Part shown: piece by piece, positions 41,166-52,061 of the stretch
Layout: every line of letters starts with the position of its first letter
Numbering within the stretch: position 1 is the stretch's first letter
From: an uncultured bacterium
GTDB taxonomy: Bacteria; CSSED10-310; CAZUFC01
Length of the DNA stretch: 64,000 bases
Reading direction: 5' to 3'
NCBI GenBank assembly: GCA_964619725.1
Contig: CAZUFC010000022.1
Coordinates: 1-64,000, forward strand
The notes under the pieces: model-generated
What the model was told of the DNA's origin: nothing
What the model saw: only the letters and a program-made list of their open reading frames with translations
Database searches by the model: none
Program-made: the position numbers and the translations under genes

Positions 41166-41513
41166 AACGAAACCTCTCAGTCCTGATAAATGCTGTTATC
41201 AAAGCAGCCCTTTAATTTCCGACCGACATGAACTATAAATTCAGCGACAGCATTTGGCAAGCGCCTTATGAAAAAATCAGAAAAGCGCCGGCGCTGTATT
41301 TTTTGATTTAAAGCTTATACGGACTCTCCTGAATAGAAAAAAAGCGTTGTTTATTTTCAATCCTGTGAATTACTGAAACAACGATAGAATCTCTTTATCC
41401 CCGGTCGTCTCGTTCCTTCCTGGATCAATATGGTATTTCCGGAATCTGCGATTGCGGTATGAATTTTGCTCCTTTGATGAAAGCCTGATATCTTTTCTGC
41501 ATGGAGAAAAAAA

Positions 41514-43607
41514 ATGTCGATAAACGCTTTAATATCAAGAAAAAAAAAGAACTTAATCGTCTCTTGGTTGTGGGCGACTGTAGCTTCGGCCGCCTTTTGC
41601 CTCATAATTTTTTCAAGATCGGACGTTTTTGCGATGGAAAATTCAGAGGCGTCCCTGGGCGCCTATTTTTCTGCGCTGAAGAGCCACGAAGAATTCATGG
41701 CCCCTAATCCTGACATGCTGATTATAGGGGACGATCCGGCTGATGAGATGTTCATCATAACGGATTCATATCGTCACGAAGGCGATATCCGGGTGGTGAA
41801 CCAGGGTAGTCTCATAGTTCAGGGACCGGACGGAACCCTGATTTTAAAGGGAAACATTCTGGTGCAGGATGAAGGGATTTTTCGGGTGGAGGAAGGCAGT
41901 TTCATTATGGAGCAGAGGTATTGGTATGAACATCAATACGTGGCTATCGACGATGCGGCCATAGAGTTCATCAGCGCGTCGCTGAGTTACTCCGGCGTGC
42001 CGGGCAATGCCTATTTCAGCGGTCAGAGCCAGATCGTATTTGAAGATACTGAATCTGATATTCATGCGACAGCGCTTTTAGAGGGAGAAGCCCTCCTGGA
42101 GATATCCGGTTCCAGCCGCAGTATTGAAGCTATCCTGACGGATGGATCGGAATTATTCATTTCGAACAGCTCTGAATCAATCCTGTGGTTGGGATTCACT
42201 GAGGGCGAGACTGCGGATTTCAGTTTTCCCGATACAAGCGGAAATTTAACGTAGGAATTCAGTTCGGACCTTCCGGGAGTGAACGGAGTGGACTTCAGGC
42301 TGACGGCGGTAAACTGCACGGATACTACTTTGGGCATGATAAGCTGGATGGGCAGCGACATTACCGTGAGAGATTCCATATTGAGAGTCTGCGGCATCGT
42401 CATGGAAGGAGGCGATCCTCAGAGTTTATCAGGCATAGTCAATGGAACGCAGTATGAGGATTTTATTTTTTCGCTGACAGATCGAACCTTGAGGATGATC
42501 GATACGCAGGTAAAGACCTGGAATATGTACGCATTCAACGACCAGGAACTGGAGTTCGAAAACTGTCTTTTAGGCGAGGTTCATGCTTACGGGGAGTCGG
42601 AAGTATTAATGACTCATTGTGTCATAGACGGAACCGGCGGTTATCTCGGCGTTACGGAGCAGGCCAGTCTTAATTTTCAATTTTCTTCTGCAACCTGCCA
42701 GGTTCTGGCTACCGATCAAAGCGAATTAATTTATGTTTACTCAGGGCATTTATTCGGCAGATTCCTGCTTACGGATAATTCTCACGCTCTTCTGTTCAAC
42801 GCGTCGCTTTTAAGAGGCGTCGAACCGGTTGATTCGGCAGTTGTTTTCGATTCCGCAATTACTCATCCCGTTTCACCCGCACCGGTTAATTGCGATCTGC
42901 CGGTCATGGGAACCGCTCGCGTTTTAACAGGACCTGATATTTCTTTCCTGATGGAAGCCTATTGGTTGGACTACGGAGAAGGATATGAACCGGAAACATG
43001 GCATCCCGTGGGCGGACGCCATGAGTATGAAGTGCACAAAGGTCTGCTGGAAACCTGGGATACGAGCGGACTGGTTCCCGGTCCTTATCAGTTGCGTCTT
43101 ACCATCGAACTGGAATCCGGCGATGCCTTTTCCATAGTCAATCCCGTGGAGCTGGCCGCCATACCGACCTATACGAACACTCCCTCGCCGACACCAGGAC
43201 CGACAACCACTCCGACACCCGGTTATCCTTTTGGAGTCCGCCTGGACATGCCCACATTCGTCAGCCCCGGTGAAGATTTCTGGATAACGGCCTATCTCGA
43301 TAATCCCGGCCAACCCCGCAACGATGTGCCGCTTTTCCTTTTCCTTGAAGCATTCGAAAGTTACTGGTTCTGGCCAGGATGGACGCATTACTCGCCGCCG
43401 AACACATCCGGAATAGATTACGATATGATATACCTACCGGCCGGAACCTCATCCGTAGAAGCCCTGTCGCTCATCCAATGGCCTGATACAGGCGACGAAT
43501 CCGTAACCGGCCTCTTCTTCTACGGCGCTATGCTAACTCAGGACATGACCGCAATAGAAGGAGAATGGTCCGTTGTAGCATGGGGATACGGGCCGCAGGA
43601 TACATGA
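41514..43607 (+). CDS. Secreted protein with PT linker and shared C-terminal domain, interrupted by one in-frame TAG (42252-42254); pseudogene or readthrough
   Basis: ORFs 41514-42254 and 42279-43607 share a frame: GGA AAT TTA ACG TAG GAA TTC AGT TCG GAC CTT CCG GGA GTG; signal peptide on part 1, C-terminal domain on part 2. Confidence 0.8.
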
Positions 43608-43742
43608 TCAAGAATACAGGCTTGCCCGTTTCAGAGGCTGAACCCGAAAAAATTACAAATATTTGTACAAAGGTTTACAGGGATAAAGATGGCTTACATG
43701 CTGCCTCTGCTGTAAGTTTTACATTTCTTTGCGTGACAGGTC

Positions 43743-43910
43743 TGCGGAGGGCTCTGACCCCGCTCCGGATACTTGATGAACCATGGCGGTTCTTTTTTCG
43801 TAATAGTTTGCGGAGGGCTCTGACCCCGCTCCGGATGCTTGATGAATGAAGGGGATCCTTTTTTCGTAATAGCTTGTGGAGTGCTCTTAACCTTTTTCGG
43901 ATGGGGTGAT
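43743..43910. repeat. 66-bp tandem repeat (2 good copies + 1 degenerate) containing AGGGCTCTGACCCC
   Basis: Copies start at 43743, 43809 and 43875; core is the reverse complement of the 32555/55638 core. Confidence 0.88.
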
Positions 43911-44024
43911 TGGTCATGCCCCGCTCTTGATCAGCCTGATTTTTTTGACATTTACTCTCTTTTTTACCTAATCTGTCAATGAAGAATCAGAATCTGCCCC
44001 GAGCGAGAGGAGGACGAAGGATTC

Positions 44025-44690
44025 ATGAAATATTTCTATTGTTTATTGATCCTCGTCATCGCAGTTCAAACGGCATCAGGCAAAGAGCCGCAGGAAAAAG
44101 AAATATGGTATGTGAGTCCTGAATTCGATAAACTGAAACCTGATACGGTGGCGGTATTGCCGATGGACAATTTATCGTTCGAGCCTGAAACTGCGGCCAT
44201 GCTTCGGGAAGAGGTATACGAAAGACTTCAGCAGAAGGGTTACAGAAAAATAAAAACCGAGCTGGTGGATCAGGCTATGAAGGAATTAGGAATACAAACG
44301 GCCGGGCAATTATCGGGCATATCGCCTGAAAAACTGGGCCAAAAGACAAAAAGCGATGCCATTATCGCGGGCCAGGTCGATCAATCGGCAGCGGTTCATT
44401 CCGGAGTATATGACGCTTTTACGGTCGTGGTTTCATTACGGTTGATCCATTGTGATACGGGAAAGCTTCTCTGGAAAACGGAACAATGGAGGAGCGCTCA
44501 CCGTCAATGGCAGGGAGACCCGATAAACCTCCTGATAAACTTTATTCATCATGAAAAGGCAGACAGGAGAAAACAAACGGCCTGGCTGGTGCAGGAGATG
44601 CTGAAAACATTACCGGATGGGAAAATTCACATTGACGAGGATAATCTCCTGGAGCAGGCGATTGAAATTCAAGCGGAGGAGAGTCCATGA
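44025..44690 (+). CDS. DUF799/GNA1162-like exported protein
   Basis: Signal peptide, PDTVAVLPMDN, KGY, SDAIIAGQV, LIHCDTGKLLW. Confidence 0.7.
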   Translation: MKYFYCLLILVIAVQTASGKEPQEKEIWYVSPEFDKLKPDTVAVLPMDNLSFEPETAAMLREEVYERLQQKGYRKIKTELVDQAMKELGIQTAGQLSGISPEKLGQKTKSDAIIAGQVDQSAAVHSGVYDAFTVVVSLRLIHCDTGKLLWKTEQWRSAHRQWQGDPINLLINFIHHEKADRRKQTAWLVQEMLKTLPDGKIHIDEDNLLEQAIEIQAEESP

Positions 44691-45361
44691 CAAAATATTA
44701 TCGTGCGATGCTGTTTCTATTGGCGATTACATTGGCGGCGGGTTGCGCAACAACCCGGGAACCGGTCGCTGAAAATCAAACGGATGAATTGCCGCCTTTG
44801 CCTGCGCCGCCCGAACAAAGGCCGCTTATCGCCATAGCCGGTTTCCAGAATAAAAGCGCTTATGCCGCCGACAAATTGTGGGAAACTTCGGCGGAAATGC
44901 TTATGAGTCGATTGATTCGGGCAGGATATTTTCGAGTGGTTGAATGGGAGCGGATGAAGCAATTGTTCGATCGGGAGGCGTTAAGTACATGCAGCCTGGT
45001 CTATGACCGCAGTCAGATGACGGAAGCCCAGAAAATATTGCTGTGTGAGTATTTTTTATCAGGGGCAGTGACCCGCTTCGACGTCAGTCAAACCGGTAAA
45101 GTGAGCGCCATGAAGAAGGTGAAGCATTTCACCACCACGGTGCGCATTGATCTTCTTCTGCAGAACGCTCGCACAGGCGAATACATTGGAACCGGCATAG
45201 GCCGCGCAACGGAAGAACAGGAGTTCCGTGGAGGTATGAGCGGCGGCACTACGGGAACCTGGGACCCCGCCTCGGCAAATGAAGCCCTGGAAAAGGCTAT
45301 TGCTGCCGGAGTCAATGAACTCATAATTAATTACGATCTTAATCGGAGGGCGGCTCAATGA
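44687..45361 (+). CDS. CsgG/HfaB-family lipoprotein
   Basis: Lipobox LAAGC, IAIAGFQN, FRVVE, SGAVTRFD, VRIDL..QNARTGE. Confidence 0.75.
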   Translation: MTKYYRAMLFLLAITLAAGCATTREPVAENQTDELPPLPAPPEQRPLIAIAGFQNKSAYAADKLWETSAEMLMSRLIRAGYFRVVEWERMKQLFDREALSTCSLVYDRSQMTEAQKILLCEYFLSGAVTRFDVSQTGKVSAMKKVKHFTTTVRIDLLLQNARTGEYIGTGIGRATEEQEFRGGMSGGTTGTWDPASANEALEKAIAAGVNELIINYDLNRRAAQ

Positions 45362-46647
45362 TTCGAGGACCATACTTCCATCACGTCAATCGATTTAAAA
45401 AAGCCTGCAGAAAGGTTATATGTCATACATCGATTATAATATTCCTGGCATTATACGCTTTGCCGGCAAAAGGACAAACAGAAGATTCCGAACTCATAGC
45501 CATACAAAAATCCGGACAAAGCCGCATTGCTTCCGGGGACCTGAGCCGGGCCAGGTTGGATGCCGTTCGCGAGGCATACAAGGATGCCGTGGGTGAAGGA
45601 GCGGGCGAAGATATCGGGGAATTGTTGCTCTTTCAGAACCTGAAACGGCTTACTGAGATAATAGTTACGCGTTCCCCGGGCTTTGTTAATAATTACCTGG
45701 TGGTTGATGAAGGCCCCACACGAGAAAACATGGATATTTACCAGGTAGCGATTAAGGCCGATGTCGCTTCCAGAACGCTTTCCAGGAAACCCGCCGAACC
45801 CGGACTGAAAAAATATGTGGAATTGCTGGAGAATCCCAAAATACTGGTGATGCTGCCGGAAGTTGACCTGGACGAAGATACGCAGACAACGTATGAACGC
45901 TCCTTCGAATCCGGCGGTACATCCTTCAGGTCCACAGAAGCAGCCGCAGCCAGAGCTTTCGCCGAACTGGGCTACCAGGTTGGTACATCGGACGATCTTC
46001 TCGCCAATGAAACTATAACGTCCGAAATGCTCGAACAAGCCAAATCGGGCGTGTCCGCTCAAGCAGTAAAAGTAGCCAAAGCTGTAGATGCCGATATCCT
46101 CCTTACAGGAGTCATCAGGACTAAAACGGAAAAGATGGATGTCAATAATGTGCCGCTGTTTATGACCAATGCGGAACTTTCAGCCAAAGCCGTCATTATT
46201 TCCTCAGGAAAAACAGCCGGCGCCTATCACTTTACGGAAAGAGCATCATTCCCGGAAAAAACAAAATCCCGCTCAGACTGCCTGGATAATCTGGCCGACA
46301 AGATAGCCGCAGACCTGATATGGAAAATCCCGGCCATACTGGCTTATGAACTGAGAGAAACCGCTCTGAAAATCTCGAACATAAGCAAGATTCAAACCCT
46401 GGATATAAAAGATGCACTGAAAAAACTGCCGGGCATTGAAAAAGTTACAATTACAACCTTCCCCGATAAAACCAATAATCGAGCCGAATTCATAATCGCA
46501 ACCGCATACCTGCGCCTACCCAACGAGGACCTCCTCCAGCAATGCAAACTGGCCCTGAATTATCCCCTGGAAACCGTCAACGCCGATAAATACGAGATAA
46601 ATTGTAAATTGCCCGAAGGAGAGTCCCAAAAAGCTATCGATTTATAA
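45358..46647 (+). CDS. Exported protein with FlgT N-terminal-like domain
   Basis: Signal-like N-terminus, ARLDAVREA, GFVNNY, YQVAIKADV, PKILVM, DADILLTG. Confidence 0.55.
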   Translation: MIRGPYFHHVNRFKKACRKVICHTSIIIFLALYALPAKGQTEDSELIAIQKSGQSRIASGDLSRARLDAVREAYKDAVGEGAGEDIGELLLFQNLKRLTEIIVTRSPGFVNNYLVVDEGPTRENMDIYQVAIKADVASRTLSRKPAEPGLKKYVELLENPKILVMLPEVDLDEDTQTTYERSFESGGTSFRSTEAAAARAFAELGYQVGTSDDLLANETITSEMLEQAKSGVSAQAVKVAKAVDADILLTGVIRTKTEKMDVNNVPLFMTNAELSAKAVIISSGKTAGAYHFTERASFPEKTKSRSDCLDNLADKIAADLIWKIPAILAYELRETALKISNISKIQTLDIKDALKKLPGIEKVTITTFPDKTNNRAEFIIATAYLRLPNEDLLQQCKLALNYPLETVNADKYEINCKLPEGESQKAIDL

Positions 46648-46976
46648 TACTGGGGCTGATCGAACTGGGATTACATTTTTTAATGAAATATTAGACTTAT
46701 TGACATCCTCATCAAGAAAAATACCTGTACAACAACTATGTGATTGACGGGCTCACCGCTGTTTTTTCATCAAGGGTCGTTAAATCCGGTATCGGTATCG
46801 TAGTCGGAATAAATAATTACGAGGAAAGGTGTTTTGTCTTTATCAGGTTTTCAAGTCTTCTCAGTTGTTCGAGGCTGCGAAAATTGTAAATGCGAAACAA
46901 GAGTGTTTGATCAGTCCCAATCATTCAAGCAATGCTGAAAATAGAAATGTAAACCATTGCTGGACCAATCACGGCA

Positions 46977-48242
46977 TTAAGTACGAAGCGCTTCAGCGGC
47001 GTTAAGTTTAGCGGCGCGTATGGAAGGCGCTATTCCGGCTGCGATGCCGACGCTGACTGCGGTAATTACCGCAACGGCAGCGGCTGTCGCCGTTGTTGCC
47101 GTGATAATATTGAAATAGCGCTCGATGAATTCCGCAGCCGCTGTTCCCAGGAAGAATCCTGAAACCGCGCCCGCCATTGAAATGAAGATCGCTTCCAGCA
47201 GGAATTGAAGCAATATCTGATTCCGTGAAGCGCCGGCGGCCCTCCTTATTCCGATTTCACGGGTTCTTTCCGAAACGTTGGCGTACATTATGTTCATAAT
47301 ACCTATACCTCCGACCAGCAATGATATTCCGGTAATGCAGCCCAACACTATATTGAATGTCCGGCGAGCTCTGGCGGCTTGCTGCATGAGCTCCTGCGGG
47401 ATTATTATTTGGAAGCCGTCCCGTTGCCGGCGGGCGTTGCTTAAAATGCGACGGACTACATCGGCCGCTTTGGAAATATCCGTTGACGCAGGAAACTTGA
47501 GAACGATCTGGTTGAGGGCAGGGCGGTCATTATCAACTGTTTTCATTCCTGCGGAGGGAGCAGAACCGATTGGTATTATGATGGTCCGATTTAAATCGCG
47601 AATGCTTACCGGACCTGCTTTTCCGGTATTTATCTTCCTGGTGTCCAGTACGCCCACTATCTTGAAAAGTTCATTTCCTATCTGAATATATTCCCCGGGT
47701 TTACCTTCGGGACCCAGTTCTTCACATACTTCACATCCAATAACCGCTATCCCGGCGCTTTCGACTATATCAGTCCTGCAGATGAATCGCCCGCTTTTTA
47801 CACTCAGTTCTTTTGTCTTTCCGTAATCATCATTAACCGCTATTATTTCAGCTTTCATCGTCAGTGCGGGCGTCAACGCTTGAACATCTATGATGCCGGC
47901 GGCGGCTTCCACGTTCAACCCGGCCTTTAATCGCTCTATATCCGAAAAGAGGAGCGTATCTTTCCAGGTATTGTCTGCGGAATCAGTATCAGAATAACCG
48001 GATTTTATTATTAAATTATGCGCTCCCAGTTCTTCGATCTGACTGATTACCTGCTTTTTCAGTCCTTCGGCTACCGAAGTCATGGCGATCAGAGATGCGA
48101 CGCCGAAAATTATGCCGAATGTGCTCAAAACGCTGCGCAGACGATTGGAAAGGAGCGAACGGTAGGCAGCTTTAGTAATTTTCCAGGCGATCAGGCAGTA
48201 ATGTATGAGTTTGTTATCTTCTTTCATTTTCTGCCGGCTCAT
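46977..48242 (-). CDS. MacB/FtsX-family ABC permease
   Basis: RSVLSTFGIIFGV, ISLLVGGIGIMNIM, ERTREIGIRRAAGA. Confidence 0.92.
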   Translation of the reverse strand: MSRQKMKEDNKLIHYCLIAWKITKAAYRSLLSNRLRSVLSTFGIIFGVASLIAMTSVAEGLKKQVISQIEELGAHNLIIKSGYSDTDSADNTWKDTLLFSDIERLKAGLNVEAAAGIIDVQALTPALTMKAEIIAVNDDYGKTKELSVKSGRFICRTDIVESAGIAVIGCEVCEELGPEGKPGEYIQIGNELFKIVGVLDTRKINTGKAGPVSIRDLNRTIIIPIGSAPSAGMKTVDNDRPALNQIVLKFPASTDISKAADVVRRILSNARRQRDGFQIIIPQELMQQAARARRTFNIVLGCITGISLLVGGIGIMNIMYANVSERTREIGIRRAAGASRNQILLQFLLEAIFISMAGAVSGFFLGTAAAEFIERYFNIITATTATAAAVAVITAVSVGIAAGIAPSIRAAKLNAAEALRT

Positions 48243-48395
48243 AATGAATCAGTATTGTGATTTGGAGTTTGTGCCTGATGGAAAGGGCGGCATTTATCGC
48301 TGCCCCCGCCTGATCATCCCGTTTTTTAGAATGCACGGTTTTACCTCTGTTTTATTCAGTAGCTGAATCCGGCCTCATTAGCCATTTTTTCCGTA

Positions 48396-49118
48396 TCATT
48401 TCCATTTTCCGTCGAGCAAATGACGAATGTTATGAGCTGCAGACGCAATGGAGACGTCGTGAGTAACCAGGACGATTGTGTGACCGCCGGCGTTTAGTTC
48501 CTGAAAAATCTTCAGTATCGTCTGTCCTGAAGCAGTGTCCAGGTTGCCTGTCGGTTCGTCCGCCAGGAGCAACTCCGGTTGCATCACCAGGGCTCTGGCC
48601 AGCGCTATGCGTTGCTGTTCGCCGCCGGAAAGTTCTGTCGCCTTGTGACGTTTTCTGTTCATCAGCCCCACTTTTTCCAGAGCCTGATCGACTCTGCGTT
48701 CAGCTTCCCGCTGCCTTATGGAACTATAACAAAAGGGCATGGCTACGTTTTCTGCGGCGCTCAGATATGAGATCAGGTGAAAGGACTGAAATACGAAACC
48801 TATGGTGTGAAGTCTCAGCGCCGAGATTTCCTGGTCGGTCATTCTTTCAATCGACGTTTTTCCGAAAAATATTCGCCCAGAAGTAGGCCTGTCCAGGATG
48901 CCGATAAGGTTCAACAGGGTTGATTTTCCCGATCCTGATGCGCCCATTACGGCCAGGAAATCGCCGCGGCGGATTATAAGGTTAATATCGGACAGAGCGT
49001 GCACAGCCTCGACGCCCCTTTTGAACATGCGTGAAACGTTTTCTAATTTAACCAGCCAATCTTTATGCGTGTCCATTCCGCAAATTCTCTCCGGGCGCAG
49101 CGTTAACCGTCGATCCAT
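48396..49118 (-). CDS. MacB/LolD-type ABC ATPase
   Basis: [35 protein letters not shown]; true start may be the MDTHKD Met. Confidence 0.95.
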   Translation of the reverse strand: MDRRLTLRPERICGMDTHKDWLVKLENVSRMFKRGVEAVHALSDINLIIRRGDFLAVMGASGSGKSTLLNLIGILDRPTSGRIFFGKTSIERMTDQEISALRLHTIGFVFQSFHLISYLSAAENVAMPFCYSSIRQREAERRVDQALEKVGLMNRKRHKATELSGGEQQRIALARALVMQPELLLADEPTGNLDTASGQTILKIFQELNAGGHTIVLVTHDVSIASAAHNIRHLLDGKWK

Positions 49119-50551
49119 TCTTCGGGTTGGAATAAGCAGACTGATTCGCCTTCTCGAAGGCCCGAAAGTATCTCCATCCAGTCTTCATTACGTCTGTCGG
49201 TTTCTATTCCGCGGCGCACATAACCTGCGTCGGTTTTTATGAAACAGTAAGGCGTCTCATCAAAATAAAAAACGGCATGCACGGGAATAATCAATGCATT
49301 CAGAATCTTATCACAGAGAATATCGACCTGAACTGTCATGCCGGGTCTCAAGCGCTCATCAATTTCATCCAGCGCTATACGGACCCGAAAATACCTGGCG
49401 CCCCTCGATACTAAATTTTCCTTTTCAGCCAGCGCCCCTATAGAATCTATCCTGCCGGAAAAGACCATATCGGGAAAAGCTTCCGCTTTTACTGCCGATT
49501 TAATCCCTATCCTGATTTTGTGCAGATCGATTTCCCTTACTCTTGTGGTTACGGCCAGCGAAGAAATATCGGGCAAGTAGATTATCGGCTGACCCATAAA
49601 TACGGTATCGCCCACATGAGGCTTTCTTACTGAACCTCCTTTATAATTCTCTTTCAGTATGGCCAATCCGCTGTGAGGAGCGTGAATTATTGTCTTTTCC
49701 AGGTCGGTTTGAGCCTGCTCGAGGTCCTTTTTCATCTCCGCTAATTCGAACAAAGCTTTATTCAATGCGTTTTCTGATGTGGCTGACTTATAGGCTGATT
49801 CTGATTTTACCTGTTCCAGATTCGATTGGGCCTTTTTGTGATTGGCTTCTGCAGCTTCTAACCTTGCAGGCGTTTGATATTCGTTGAAATTTTTAAATCG
49901 TACTCTGAGTTCATTGTAGGCGCTCTCGGATTCCGCTGCTTTCTTCTCCGCATTTTCTATCTCCAGAGGATGCGAAAAACCTCTTTCCGCCAATTCCTCC
50001 AAATCATTTACGTATCCCTCTGCATTTAACCACTCCTCCTCCGCAGCTTTCATTTCCTTCTCCAATTGCGATTTTTCCATCGGCAAATCGCCGAGTTTTA
50101 TCCTTTTATATTCCAACTCAGCTATTCTCAGGGCAGATTCCGCAGTTTCAATATTGCGTAAAGCCTGCTCCTTGTCCCAGGCCAGGGACTTTTTCAAACT
50201 TTCTACTATAGATTCCTGTTCACGAATTCTCGATTGAAGGCGTTCCACTTCCTGCTCAAAGACAACCGGGTCCAGCCGGGCCAGAACATCCCCTTTTTCA
50301 ACAGCCGCTCCGTCTTCGATTATATATATGAGCTTCCCGTCGTTACCCTTTATTTGCGAACCGATATACGTCGCTTTTTCTGCTTCAAGCTGACCGATTG
50401 TTCTGAGCCTTATCTCAAAATTACCTGTTTTCGCTTTCGCAAATTTTATCTCCGATTCCTCTGTCTGCACCCCAGGTCGGATATGCCATAAAAGTAAAAC
50501 AGCCAATAAAAAAATAAAGAGAATACCGACAGACTTAAACGGACGAATCAC
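49103..50551 (-). CDS. MacA/HlyD-family periplasmic adaptor
   Basis: N-terminal TM, VEKGDVLARLD, long coiled coil, IHAPHSG, LRPGMT, ILSGLREGE. Confidence 0.92.
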   Translation of the reverse strand: MIRPFKSVGILFIFLLAVLLLWHIRPGVQTEESEIKFAKAKTGNFEIRLRTIGQLEAEKATYIGSQIKGNDGKLIYIIEDGAAVEKGDVLARLDPVVFEQEVERLQSRIREQESIVESLKKSLAWDKEQALRNIETAESALRIAELEYKRIKLGDLPMEKSQLEKEMKAAEEEWLNAEGYVNDLEELAERGFSHPLEIENAEKKAAESESAYNELRVRFKNFNEYQTPARLEAAEANHKKAQSNLEQVKSESAYKSATSENALNKALFELAEMKKDLEQAQTDLEKTIIHAPHSGLAILKENYKGGSVRKPHVGDTVFMGQPIIYLPDISSLAVTTRVREIDLHKIRIGIKSAVKAEAFPDMVFSGRIDSIGALAEKENLVSRGARYFRVRIALDEIDERLRPGMTVQVDILCDKILNALIIPVHAVFYFDETPYCFIKTDAGYVRRGIETDRRNEDWMEILSGLREGESVCLFQPEEWIDG

Positions 50552-50563
50552 AGCATCAACCTC

Positions 50564-52039
50564 TTACCCGTCATTATCCGGCGTTTGGGCTTGAAAATCC
50601 GGCGTCTTCAGCAGCGTTCCCATGGCAGCCTGAAGACGGACCTTTCCGCCGGCAAAGTTTATTTTTTCCTGTATCATGTTGGATTCAGCGAGTCTCAGTT
50701 CATTTTCACTTTCCAAAACAGTAAAATTATCGATCATTCCCCGGGCGAATTTCACCTGGGACAGCTCAAGTTTACCCCGAGTCTGCATAATTAATTCAGA
50801 CAGCAATTTGATCCGCGCCCGGCTGCGTTCCAATGCACGCAATACCTGTTTAACCTCACGGCGAATCTCCAGCTTTGCTTCTTCCAACGCCAGTTCACTC
50901 TGCTTGACTCGCAGCGCCGCCTGGCGGAAAGCAATTTTTTCCGCGCTCCTGGAAAAATCAGACCCGGAGCGCAATCCAAGACTCCAGGATTCCTCATCCG
51001 GTTTAAGTTCATCGTTGAATTTTTCAGCATCCCCGGAAAGAGTATAATCCGCCGTCAAATTGAGGACAGGCTGAACCCTTAATTCCGCCAGATGCTTTAG
51101 ACGCTGCGCCTCTTTCATATTTTCCCGGGCTTCCTTTATTTCGATCCTTCTTTGGAGAGCTGTATTGACGGCATGTTCGAGAGAGGGCAACTCCAGGGCG
51201 TTTTCGATTGCCATTTTTAATCGCAGGTTCTGTTCAAGCGGCAACGATAAAATATTTTTCAGGCTGTCTAATGCAGCTTCGTATTGTTCCTGTGATGATT
51301 GCAGTTGATTTTCTGTATTTTTCCGTTCTATTTCGGCGCGGTAGAGGTCCATTGCGCCGGTATGTCCCAATTTCATTTTTGCACCGAGAGCGGCTGTATG
51401 AGTTCTTATTCTTGTTAACGATTCTTCGAGGAGACGGGTTGTTTCGCGCCACTTAACGGCCTGATAGGCTGTATTTAAGGCCGTCTGGATCATAGTGACC
51501 TGTGTCCGGAAATGCTGCATTCTGGTTCGCAAAAAATTGGACTCGGCCCCCTTAACATTAGAAAGAGCGGATTCTTTTCCTCTGCCCTGAAGCAGCGGTT
51601 GATCGATGCTTACGGTTAAACGGGAGGAGTAATTTCCTTCGGTTTTTCCTAAGGAAGGCGAAACACTGATGTCGCCGCCTGCGATCATTTGTTTTCTCAG
51701 ACTGAAACCGGAATTCCAGTCGAATTGAACCTCATCCTCTTCGTTGTTCGTTCCTGAAAGACCCATGTCTATTTCGGGGTACAACTTAATATTTAAATCG
51801 TTGCGCGACTGCTGCAATTGAAGTTGAGCGATTTCAACCCTGTCAGCGGCAAACTCAATATTCCGGTTGAATTTTAAAACGCGATTGATGATGCCCTGTT
51901 CATCAAGAATAACAGGAGCTGGAGCAGGGTCATCGGAAGCAGCGTTTTTGGGAACGATGCAGATCACTGCCGCAAGCGACAGGTAGAAAACGATTATTCC
52001 AGCGGTTTGGGAACGGATTCGGTCAAATGACATTATCAA
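50564..52039 (-). CDS. TolC-family outer membrane efflux protein
   Basis: Signal peptide, two OEP repeats (QPLLQG, KFARG), operon with MFP and ABC genes. Confidence 0.88.
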   Translation of the reverse strand: MIMSFDRIRSQTAGIIVFYLSLAAVICIVPKNAASDDPAPAPVILDEQGIINRVLKFNRNIEFAADRVEIAQLQLQQSRNDLNIKLYPEIDMGLSGTNNEEDEVQFDWNSGFSLRKQMIAGGDISVSPSLGKTEGNYSSRLTVSIDQPLLQGRGKESALSNVKGAESNFLRTRMQHFRTQVTMIQTALNTAYQAVKWRETTRLLEESLTRIRTHTAALGAKMKLGHTGAMDLYRAEIERKNTENQLQSSQEQYEAALDSLKNILSLPLEQNLRLKMAIENALELPSLEHAVNTALQRRIEIKEARENMKEAQRLKHLAELRVQPVLNLTADYTLSGDAEKFNDELKPDEESWSLGLRSGSDFSRSAEKIAFRQAALRVKQSELALEEAKLEIRREVKQVLRALERSRARIKLLSELIMQTRGKLELSQVKFARGMIDNFTVLESENELRLAESNMIQEKINFAGGKVRLQAAMGTLLKTPDFQAQTPDNDG

Positions 52040-52061
52040 TAATGATTAAGCTAAAGAAGGA

